Source: an uncultured cyanobacterium
GTDB taxonomy: Bacteria > Cyanobacteriota > Cyanobacteriia > Cyanobacteriales > Cyanobacteriaceae
DNA length: 64,000 nucleotides
Direction: 5' to 3'
NCBI GenBank assembly: GCA_963710605.1
Contig: CAVQBA010000005.1
Location: 268,075 to 332,074 of the forward strand
Part shown: one piece after another, positions 55,747 to 64,000 of the stretch
How positions within the stretch are numbered: position 1 is the first letter of the stretch
Layout of the letters: each line of letters starts with the position of its first letter
Position numbers and translations under genes: made by a program
Notes under the pieces: generated by a model
What the model was told of the DNA's origin: nothing
The model's database searches: none
Seen by the model: only the letters and a program-made list of their open reading frames with translations

Positions 55747-57609
55747 ATGGTAGTTTCTAATATTCCTCCGTTAAAGACATCTGTTGAGGTTACTCCTATC
55801 AAGGTAACAGGGGCATTTGCTCTGATGGATAGTCTTCGTCTTCATGGGGTTAAACATATTTTCGGTTATCCTGGTGGGGCAATTTTGCCTATCTATGATG
55901 AAGTGTATCGTGCTGAAGAAAGAGGTGATGTGAAACATTATCTTGTCCGTCACGAACAAGGTGCTTCTCATGCGGCTGATGGTTATGCTCGTGCGACTGG
56001 TAAGGTTGGTGTTTGTTTCGCTACATCGGGGCCGGGTGCGACTAATTTAGTGACAGGTATCGCCACCGCTCATATGGATTCGATTCCGATGTTGGTGATT
56101 ACAGGGCAAGTAGCTCGTGGTGCGATCGGTTCTGATGCGTTTCAAGAAACTGATATTTATGGTATCACTTTACCGATCGTTAAACATTCTTATGTCGCTC
56201 GTAACGCTGAAGATATTCCTCGCATTATCGCTGAAGCCTATCATTTAGCTAGTACAGGAAGACCAGGACCTGTTTTAGTTGATATTCCTAAAGATGTTGG
56301 TTTAGAAAATTTTTACTATACGCCCGTCAAACCCGGTGAAATCAAATTATCTGGTTATAATCCTACATTTAAAGGTCATTCTCGCCAAATTAATTCGGCT
56401 TTGGATTTGATCTCAACAGCTAGTCAACCTTTACTTTATGTTGGTGGTGGTGCAATTTTATCAGATGCTCACAAACAAATACATGAGTTAGCTGAATTAT
56501 TTCAGTTACCTGTTACTACCACATTGATGGGTTTAGGCTCTTTTGATGAGCATAATCCTCTGGCGTTAGGAATGCTAGGAATGCACGGTACGGCTTATGC
56601 GAATTTTGCTGTTAGTGAATGTGATCTTTTAATTGCTGTTGGTGCTAGATTTGACGATCGAGTTACTGGTAAATTAGACGAATTCGCCTCAGGTGCTAAG
56701 GTAATTCATATCGATATTGACCCTGCTGAAGTAGGTAAAAATCGTCGCCCTAATGTACCGATTGTGGGTGATGTGTCTCAAGTTTTAGACCAAATGCTCG
56801 ATCGAGCCAAAGAGTTAGGTATCACCTCTAAAACTGCAATTACCCAAGAATGGTTAGCACGTATCGATCGTTGGAAAGAAGATTATCCTTTAACTGTACC
56901 AACATTTGAAAATACGATCGCACCTCAAGCCGTTGTGGTGGAAGTAGCCCGTCAAGCACCTCATGCTTATTACACAACCGATGTTGGTCAACACCAAATG
57001 TGGTCAGCACAATTTCTGAAAACTGGTCCTCGTCGTTGGATTTCTAGTGCTGGTTTAGGTACGATGGGTTATGGTTTACCTGCGGCACTTGGTGCAAAAG
57101 TAGGTGTACCTGATGAGCAAGTTATTTGTATTAGTGGTGATGCTAGTTTCCAAATGAATTTACAAGAATTAGCCACTTTAGCTCAATACGATATTCAAGC
57201 CAAAACAATCATCATTAACAATGGTTGGCAAGGTATGGTGCGTCAATGGCAACAAGCATTTTTTGGTGAGCGTTATTCTTCTTCTAATATGCAAACAGGA
57301 ATGCCTAATTTTGAAAAACTGGCTGAGGCTTTCGGCGTTAAAGGTATTACTGTAACAGAAAAAAGCCAACTCCAAGATGCGATCGCTCAAATGTTAGCTC
57401 ATGATGGTCCTGTTTTATTAGATGTTCATGTTGAAAAAGACGTTAACTGTTATCCAATGATTGCCCCTGGTAAAAACAACTCGCAAATGATTGGTTTACC
57501 TGAATTAATCAAAAAAGAAATGCAACCAGAAAATATTGATTGTAGTAATTGTGGAACATCTAATCCAACAACGAATCAGTTTTGTCCTAACTGCGGTACA
57601 AAATTATAA
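55747..57609 (+). CDS. ilvB: Acetolactate synthase large subunit with C-terminal zinc ribbon
   Basis: [32 protein letters not shown]; ends CSNC...CPNCGTKL. Confidence 0.97.
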   Translation: MVVSNIPPLKTSVEVTPIKVTGAFALMDSLRLHGVKHIFGYPGGAILPIYDEVYRAEERGDVKHYLVRHEQGASHAADGYARATGKVGVCFATSGPGATNLVTGIATAHMDSIPMLVITGQVARGAIGSDAFQETDIYGITLPIVKHSYVARNAEDIPRIIAEAYHLASTGRPGPVLVDIPKDVGLENFYYTPVKPGEIKLSGYNPTFKGHSRQINSALDLISTASQPLLYVGGGAILSDAHKQIHELAELFQLPVTTTLMGLGSFDEHNPLALGMLGMHGTAYANFAVSECDLLIAVGARFDDRVTGKLDEFASGAKVIHIDIDPAEVGKNRRPNVPIVGDVSQVLDQMLDRAKELGITSKTAITQEWLARIDRWKEDYPLTVPTFENTIAPQAVVVEVARQAPHAYYTTDVGQHQMWSAQFLKTGPRRWISSAGLGTMGYGLPAALGAKVGVPDEQVICISGDASFQMNLQELATLAQYDIQAKTIIINNGWQGMVRQWQQAFFGERYSSSNMQTGMPNFEKLAEAFGVKGITVTEKSQLQDAIAQMLAHDGPVLLDVHVEKDVNCYPMIAPGKNNSQMIGLPELIKKEMQPENIDCSNCGTSNPTTNQFCPNCGTKL

Positions 57610-57706
57610 TTTTAATTATTTCAAATAAAATCAAAACAAATATTTTTTGTTTGTAGTAAGGACTTTAGTCCTCAAAATAATTACAGTTGTTATCAAATAG
57701 ATCATA

Positions 57707-57745
57707 AACCGTTCTTCAATTAACTGGAGAACGGCTTTATTTTTT
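57707..57745 (+). terminator. Probable intrinsic terminator after ilvB
   Basis: CCGTTCTTCA...TGGAGAACGG followed by a T-rich tail. Confidence 0.6.
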
Positions 57746-57773
57746 CGATCGACGATTGAGAAAGAAAATATTG

Positions 57774-57928
57774 TATAGCAAGTAACAAGTAGGGAGCGGA
57801 CATATCAACCACCCCTAACCCACGGGGCGTTGACATTCATAGTTACGTCAATTCAGATGACAGCCCCTCCTCCTTCAAAGGAAGGGGAAATCTATTTAAC
57901 TGTTCAAAACAAATAGTTTACTGCTATA
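57774..57928. mobile_element. MITE-like element with TATAGC...GCTATA ends
   Basis: TATAGCAAGTAA / TTACTGCTATA termini; internal hairpins. Confidence 0.55.
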
Positions 57929-57968
57929 TCTACTTACACGACATATACTCTAATCGCTCAACTATCAA

Positions 57969-58121
57969 CGTCTTGGTTAGCCTTCCCGTCTTGTTCAGCG
58001 TTCCCGTCTTGGCGAGCATTCCCTTGCGTCTTACGCCGACGCGGGATATCACCGCTTGCGACTTAACGTCGTCGCGGGGTCTGAACGCTTGCGTCTGTCG
58101 CATCTGAGCGGGTTCTGACCG
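57969..58121. repeat. GC-rich compound array: 3 x 18 bp plus 3 x 32-34 bp degenerate units
   Basis: CGTCTTGnnnAGCnTTCC x3, then CTTGCGwCT...GCGGG...CG x3, embedded in an (ACTATTA)n tract. Confidence 0.85.
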
Positions 58122-58158
58122 CTATTAACTATTAACTATTAACTATTAATTATCGATC

Positions 58159-58773
58159 GTGTCTTTAGAAACTATTATTATCAAACCCGAAAACAACCAA
58201 CCGCCTGAATTTATTTTAGTCTTGCTTCATGGTTGGGGAGCAAATAATCAAGATTTAACACCACTAATTCCCATGTTTGGATTAGATGGTGGTTATTATT
58301 TACTTCCTGATGCACCTTATATTCATCCTGAAGTCGCTGAGGGTAGAGCATGGTATGCTTTAGAAAATAATAATGAAGGGATTGAAAAAAGTTTAGATTC
58401 CTTATATCAATGGTTATTATCATTAGAAGATAAAACAGGTATTGGCTTAGATAAAACGATCGTTGGTGGCTTTTCTCAAGGTGGTGCAATGAGCCTTGAT
58501 GTGGGTTTACAACTACCTGTAGCTGGTGTCTTTAGTTTTAGTGGTTATCTACATTTTCAACCGACAAACGATCGTAATCCTTTCCCACCTACACTTATTT
58601 GTCACGGTACCAAAGATGCGATCGTGCCTATTTCTAGTGCTAGACAATGCAACAGCAAATTACAGTCAGTTGGGGTTGAAGTTGAATATCACGAATTTGA
58701 AATTGATCATACAATTATTCCTGCTGAAGCACACTTATTGAGAGATTTTATTATTAAGCAACTGAAAAAGTGA
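58159..58773 (+). CDS. Phospholipase/carboxylesterase (alpha/beta hydrolase)
   Basis: LHGWGA, GFSQGG, HGTKD, H. Confidence 0.92.
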   Translation: MSLETIIIKPENNQPPEFILVLLHGWGANNQDLTPLIPMFGLDGGYYLLPDAPYIHPEVAEGRAWYALENNNEGIEKSLDSLYQWLLSLEDKTGIGLDKTIVGGFSQGGAMSLDVGLQLPVAGVFSFSGYLHFQPTNDRNPFPPTLICHGTKDAIVPISSARQCNSKLQSVGVEVEYHEFEIDHTIIPAEAHLLRDFIIKQLKK

Positions 58774-58940
58774 TTAACTGAATTTAGTCTTTACAATAGT
58801 AAATAAAACCCCCTTATATTGTAAGAAATCTTAATGAAAAGTAGTCCTGATTTGGTTTATGTTAGAAAACTAGCAATAAAAATTTTTTTTGTAAATCTTT
58901 TATAACCAAAAATATTAATAAATTAGGATCTAACGCAATC

Positions 58941-59651
58941 ATGAGTGTAAATCTAGCCACAATGTTGAGAGAAGGTACGAAGAAATCCCATTCCATGGCA
59001 GAGAACATGGGTTTTATTAAGTGCTTTTTAAAAGGCGTAGTTGAGAAAAATTCCTATCGTAAATTAGCGGCTAACTTCTATTTCGTTTATAGTGCGATGG
59101 AAGAAGAAATGGAAAAATTAAAAAATCACCCAGTTGTTGGTCAAATTTATTTTCCTGAGTTAAATCGTGAAGAAAGTTTAGCTAAAGACTTACAATTCTA
59201 TTATGGTCCTAATTGGAAAAATGAAATCAAGTTAACTCCTGAAGGACAAGCTTACGTCGATCGTATTCATGAAATTGCTAAAAACAGTCCTGAATTATTC
59301 GCCGCTCACTCTTATACTCGTTACATGGGTGATCTTTCTGGTGGACAAATTCTCAAAAATATTGCTCAAAAAGCAATGAATTTAGATAAAGATGGCACTG
59401 CTTTTTATGAGTTTGAAACGATCGATGACGAAAAAGCATTTAAAACTATGTATCGTCAAGCCTTAAATGATGCACCAGTAGATCAAGAAACTGCTGATAG
59501 AATCGTTGAGGAAGCTAATGATGCTTTTGGGATGAATATGAAAATGTTTCAAGAGTTAGAAGGTAATTTAATTATGTCGATCGGTAAAATGCTATTTAAT
59601 AGCTTAACCTCTCGTCGCCGTCGTGGAAGCACCGAACTAGCAACTAACTAA
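58941..59651 (+). CDS. ho1: Heme oxygenase (biliverdin-producing)
   Basis: LREGTKKSHSMAEN, AHSYTRYMGDLSGGQ, EANDAFGMN. Confidence 0.96.
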   Translation: MSVNLATMLREGTKKSHSMAENMGFIKCFLKGVVEKNSYRKLAANFYFVYSAMEEEMEKLKNHPVVGQIYFPELNREESLAKDLQFYYGPNWKNEIKLTPEGQAYVDRIHEIAKNSPELFAAHSYTRYMGDLSGGQILKNIAQKAMNLDKDGTAFYEFETIDDEKAFKTMYRQALNDAPVDQETADRIVEEANDAFGMNMKMFQELEGNLIMSIGKMLFNSLTSRRRRGSTELATN

Positions 59652-59682
59652 TTAGTTTAGTACGCTATTCATTCCCTAGTTA

Positions 59683-60291
59683 ATGATCAACTTTAATTAC
59701 GAATATCGTATATATCCGAAGCCATCACAGGAAGAAACTCTCTTGCGATGGCTTTGTGTTTGTAAGCGAGTATATAATTATTGCTTGGCAGAGAGAAAAG
59801 ACTGGATAAAGTCTCGCAAGTCTCCAGTGAATCAATGTTCTTTGGTGAACGAGTATATTACCGCTGCGGATAAAAAGTATCCTGATTATTACTATCAAAA
59901 ACGACAATTAACTGAAGCTAAAAAAACTAATCCCGAACTCAAACAAGTACAATCTCAGGTACTCCAAGAAATTGTCGGGAAAGTGGACAAGGCTTTCAGA
60001 GTATTCCATAACAAGGGATACGGATTTCCTAGATTTCGGAAGAAAATTCGCTCAATGGTCTTTCCTCAATTCAAATCTTGTCCAATCGTTGGTAATATAA
60101 TTAAGTTACCCAAAATTGGACAAGTCGAAATAAGGTTACACAGACCAATTCCTGATGGATTTTTGGTGAAACAAGTCCAAATAGTCAAGAAGGCATCAGG
60201 TTGGTATGGAATTTGTACGATTCAATCACAAGGGAATATACCAAATCCAATTCCAGATTTATCTCATTCTAGCTTAGGAGTCGATTTGGGT
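59683..60291 (+). pseudogene. tnpB: IS200/IS605 RNA-guided nuclease TnpB, 5' half, interrupted at RuvC-I
   Basis: YEYRIYP, VYNYCL, GFPRFRK, LPKIG, LHRPIPDGF...SGWY, then LGVDLG followed by unrelated low-complexity sequence. Confidence 0.92.
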
Positions 60292-60383
60292 TATACAATA
60301 CAAATATTTAATAATAAACAACAACAACAAAGACCCCTTTTTTTTACCTAATAACATGTTAAGCTTATACATATATTTCTTCA

Positions 60384-61481
60384 TTGTGTAAAGTTTATGT
60401 TGTCTTTGCAAAGGGAATAGATCCCGTTACAAACGAACCAGTTTGGTTGATGTTTGATGAGGACTATCAAATTGTCGAACCAATACAACGTTTTTTGACG
60501 TTTATGACTACAACCAAATCACCTAATACCATCAAATCTTATGGACACGATTTAAGATACTGGTGGCTTTTTCTTCAACAACAATGTTTGGATTGGAGGG
60601 AAGTAAATGTCTCCGATTTAGAAAACTATGCTCACTGGCTCAGAGTTGGAGATAAAGCTGTCATCAATCTACAAGGAATAGAAGCCATTAGAAGTGAAAG
60701 TACCGTTAATCGTATGATTACGGGGGTAACACAGTTTTACGAATATCATATTGCCAACAAGACTGTGGACTTCAAACAGTTCGACAGATTTCATTTACCC
60801 TATGGCATCACAAACAGAAGTAGTAAAGGACTACTCACAGGTATTGCTAAAACTAAGCCCGTTCGTCAAAAATTAGTTAAGCTCAAAGGCAAGAAAAAGT
60901 TTGCAGGATGCTTAACAGATGAGCAGGTAGAAGTATTGGTCAATGCCTGTAATCGTTTAAGAGACAAGTTGATTATCCTTATGCTTAATGGTACGGGAAT
61001 GCGTAAAGGAGAAATACTAGGTCTAAAACATGAGGATGTGAGTGATTTTGGAGAAAACTACATTAAAGTAGTAAAAAGAAAAGATAACCCAAATGGTGCT
61101 TTGGCTAAAGGGCAAGAACGAACGATTCCTGTCATACCAGAGCTAATCCAAATGTACAACGATTATCTGCTTTATGAATATCCTGAAATAGAGTCAGAGT
61201 ACGTATTTATCAATATTTGGGAAGGAGAAATAGGTAAGCCCATCAGTCCTGATGTTTTGAGTGTCATGTTTACTCGATTATCCCAAAAAACGGGAATCAA
61301 GGTTTATGCCCATTTATTTCGTCATACTTATGCCACTCGTTTGCTCAAAGCAGGTTATTCTCCTGATAGAGTCAAATATTTATTAGGACACGCCAGTATT
61401 CAAACGACGTTAGATGTGTATTCTCATGTGATTGAAGAAGCAGACTTACGAAGAGTAATCGAACAGGAGGAAGAAGAATGA
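60384..61481 (+). CDS. Tyrosine recombinase 1 (Tn554 TnpA-like)
   Basis: SPNTIKSYGHDL, GMRKGE, HLFRHTYAT, LGHASIQTT...Y. The true start may be ATG 60397 (MLSLQ-KGIDP) with one A missing at ~60411. Confidence 0.93.
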   Translation: MCKVYVVFAKGIDPVTNEPVWLMFDEDYQIVEPIQRFLTFMTTTKSPNTIKSYGHDLRYWWLFLQQQCLDWREVNVSDLENYAHWLRVGDKAVINLQGIEAIRSESTVNRMITGVTQFYEYHIANKTVDFKQFDRFHLPYGITNRSSKGLLTGIAKTKPVRQKLVKLKGKKKFAGCLTDEQVEVLVNACNRLRDKLIILMLNGTGMRKGEILGLKHEDVSDFGENYIKVVKRKDNPNGALAKGQERTIPVIPELIQMYNDYLLYEYPEIESEYVFINIWEGEIGKPISPDVLSVMFTRLSQKTGIKVYAHLFRHTYATRLLKAGYSPDRVKYLLGHASIQTTLDVYSHVIEEADLRRVIEQEEEE

Positions 61482-62969
61482 ATGCAATACCAGATTGGAA
61501 TAGCCAACCTGAGTTATGGTTAGTAGAACAGAATGAGTCTGCTAGAGAGTTATTAAATAATCCTTTGCTACAAAAAGATGTTTGGCGAACCATTGAAGAT
61601 TTGGGGTTAAGTGTGAATCAACATCAAAAAGTTTTAACTATTAGATTTGATAAAATTCAACAAGATTGGTTGAAGCTGCTGACTAAGCTCTACATATTGA
61701 TTCGGGCTAAACGTAATTATTCGGCAATGTATCTAAAGAATGATGTTGCTTCTTTGAGGGAGTTCTCTATCTTTTTGAAAACTAAGTCTGTTTATAGTGT
61801 AGAAGATATCAATGAACAACTATTAGATGAATACGATTACTACTTACATTCAACGAAAAGCAAACAGACAAAAAAACCTTTATCCCAAAGAAGTATCTCT
61901 TTACGTTATATGACATTGATCAACTTCTTTAACCTTTGTCGGCAAGAAGGTTGGTTGGATGTCAATACTTATTGGTTTAAAGGTAAGTATCATGGTTCTC
62001 AAGCAAAGAATGACGAAGTAGAATACATCCCCGAAGAAGTATGGCAACAGCTAGATGAACACTTGCATTTGCTTCCCTCACCAAAGCAGAGAATGGTGTT
62101 AATCATTCGAGCAACAGGATTACGCATAGGAGAACTACTGAATTTACCTTTAGACTGTTTACGTAAGAGAGGGAGTGAATGGCGGTTGAGATTTCTGACA
62201 GAAAAGTATAAGACAGAGGATGAATTACCTATCTGTGAAGAACTTGTAGCCGTTATTAAAGAACAACAAGATTTTATTCGAGAACACTTTGGTGATACTT
62301 ATCATAATCTGTTCGGTAGCAACGATGGTATATTTGGAAAATATAACCCTGCTCCTAGAATAATGAAAGTAGATGGCTTTAGTCGTTGGCTTAATAAACT
62401 GGCAGAGGAACAAAATATCTGTACAAAAGAAGGAAATCTTTGGCATTTTCGTTCTCACCAATTCAGAAAGACTGTGGCAATCGGTAATGACTAATGCAGG
62501 AGTAAGAGACTTAATTATTCAAAAGTATCTACGTCACCGTTCTCCCGATATGCAGAACTACTACAAACATTTACTTAAGGAGGTAGTGGGCGAAGAGTAT
62601 CAGGAATTAATGCAGAGTACAAAGTACGTTGACAGTACAGGAAAGATAGTAAAAGAACATAAACCCAAAAATGTTATTACTGAGTTAATGCGAAGAAAAA
62701 TGTATCAGGTAACGACGAACTATGGGGAATGTCATCGCCCTGTTTTAAAATCACCCTGTCAAACTGTTAATGCTTGTTGGCAATGTGAACATTGGCTCAC
62801 TTCCACGGATGACCTAAACTACCTCAAACAAGACTTACAGAGAATAGATGAGGAATTGGAGATAGCTACTAATTTGGGTTTAGTTAGACAAAGTAAAGGA
62901 CTTACCGATGATAAAGAAAGATTAATTGTTCGTATTCAAGGGTTGGAGGGCAACAGTAATGGAAATTAA
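61478..62969 (+). CDS. Tyrosine recombinase 2 (Tn554 TnpB-like), frameshift at ~62480
   Basis: GLRIGEL, HQFRKT; removing one A gives VASVMTNAG...YLRH...NYY; C-terminal C-x7-C-x5-CxxC. ATGA overlap with recombinase 1. Confidence 0.88.
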
Positions 62970-64000
62970 TTGGAAACAAGACTATCAAGGAGAATTTATC
63001 TGCCCTAAATGCAATGAAATGCCTTTGAAATTAGGGGGGCTGAATAATGGTAAGGCAACAATTTCGATGCTCAAATTGCAGAGGTTCAGTCGTTTCTTCA
63101 ATTAATTTGAACAATCGTTCTCGTTATTTAACAGATAGATTGATTGATGAACAGGTTGATTGGGGACAAGACTATCACGGTGAGTTTATCTGCCCTGAAT
63201 GTAATCATTTAGGAATGGTAGTAGGAGGAATTAAGCAACCCAATAATAAAAGGCAATTTCGATGTCCTCACTGCCAAAAAATACAGCAGGATTCATGCAA
63301 TATCAAAGGTGGTTATGAAGCCATTGAAGACCCAACGAATAAAGGTGTGGTCTGGTATCGGAATCATAGGATAGAAGGCTTTGTTTGTCCTGAATGTAAT
63401 GCAATGGATATGTATATTGCAGGAATTAATAAGCAAAACAAAAAGACATTTAGTTGTCGAAGTTGTCGTAAAACTCAATACGATTATATTGAGTTAAATC
63501 AAGTAAATTTAAGTTATTTCACACAACAAGACAGACATATAAAACCATTTCAATGGCAAGATGAGCGATGGGATTGAGAAACCTTAATCTCAACTACAAC
63601 CCAAAAAATTTAACACATTCCATCGCTAACTTCAGTCAGATTAAGCAACAATGGTTGAAAGACAAAGCTAAGCAGTATGTCGAACATTTATGCAAAATAG
63701 AAAAGGCTTTTGGAACAATCAACCATGTTCTAGTCGCCTTCCGCTCATTATCTATTTACTTACAAACTACTGCTATTAGTGATTTTGAACAGATTAATCG
63801 TACAGTTTTTCTTGACTACCTATCAAAAGAGAAAAAGTTACTAAATCCAAGTTAACTCCATTAAGAGATTTTTTCTTTGTGGGTACAGTTAAGGGTTGGT
63901 TTGATATTGACCAAGATATTATTCGAGATGAAGACTATCCTAAACGTCGCCGAGGCAATCCAGATCCCCTATCACAAAAAGTTACAGAGCAAATAGAAGC
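62959..64000 (+). CDS. Probable recombinase 3 with three N-terminal zinc-ribbon repeats; three single-base frameshifts; incomplete at window end
   Basis: GGAGG RBS then ATG 62959; six CxxC motifs; then WDLR...NFSQIKQQWLKDKAKQY...EDYPK...PDPLSQKVTEQIE, paralleling the N-terminal half of recombinase 2. Indels at ~63052, ~63573 and ~63835. Confidence 0.72.

Larger units (their letters stand above)
60291..64000 (+). mobile_element. Tn554/RIT-like element with three tandem tyrosine recombinase genes; right end outside the window
   Basis: Abrupt junction inside tnpB, three overlapping recombinase ORFs, no CGATCG seen in this stretch. Confidence 0.8.

Noticed and set aside
57969-58121. CRISPR array
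   Set aside because: Units abut one another with no unique spacers, the repeats are degenerate, and no cas genes are present.
60292-60351. Poly-Gln C-terminus of TnpB (NNKQQQQRPLFFT)
   Set aside because: Read-through into the end of the inserted element, not TnpB sequence.
4521-63478. Short antisense or overlapping ORFs in the track (e.g. 4521-4832, 6922-7200, 12310-12570, 20420-20710, 25992-26234, 29098-29316, 61372-61593)
   Set aside because: They overlap well-supported genes or remnants and show no recognisable motifs.

Overview
AT-rich cyanobacterial chromosome segment (psbD, heme oxygenase, abundant CGATCG/HIP1-type palindromes, heptamer tandem repeats); a Geminocystis/Cyanobacterium-like host is an inference. 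Left to right: (1) a fragmented RHS polymorphic-toxin locus with orphan toxin tips and a GUN4-domain candidate immunity gene (1-4.2 kb); (2) housekeeping genes (Deg protease, nucA/nuiA, amino-acid decarboxylase, rpmB, stand-alone psbD, tRNA-Leu); (3) a type I R-M operon in which hsdM, hsdS and hsdR are each interrupted, followed by an ExbB/MotA-like gene with a long tail and two ExbD-like genes; (4) a ~19 kb Wzm/Wzt surface-glycan locus with NeuA/NeuB, sulfotransferases, pseudogenes, a duplicated wzt 5' end and IS remnants; (5) rnz, mraY, gltX, moeB, MATE/AraC, ilvB, ho1; (6) an IS200/IS605 tnpB cut off exactly at its RuvC-I motif by a three-tyrosine-recombinase (Tn554/RIT-like) element that runs off the window. 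The best candidates for an undescribed system are the tnpB-targeting recombinase element and the ExbB plus two ExbD module. Many single-base frameshifts, one of them in rnz, suggest assembly indel errors, so pseudogene calls based on a single indel are provisional. All family assignments come from motif recognition by eye; no searches were run.
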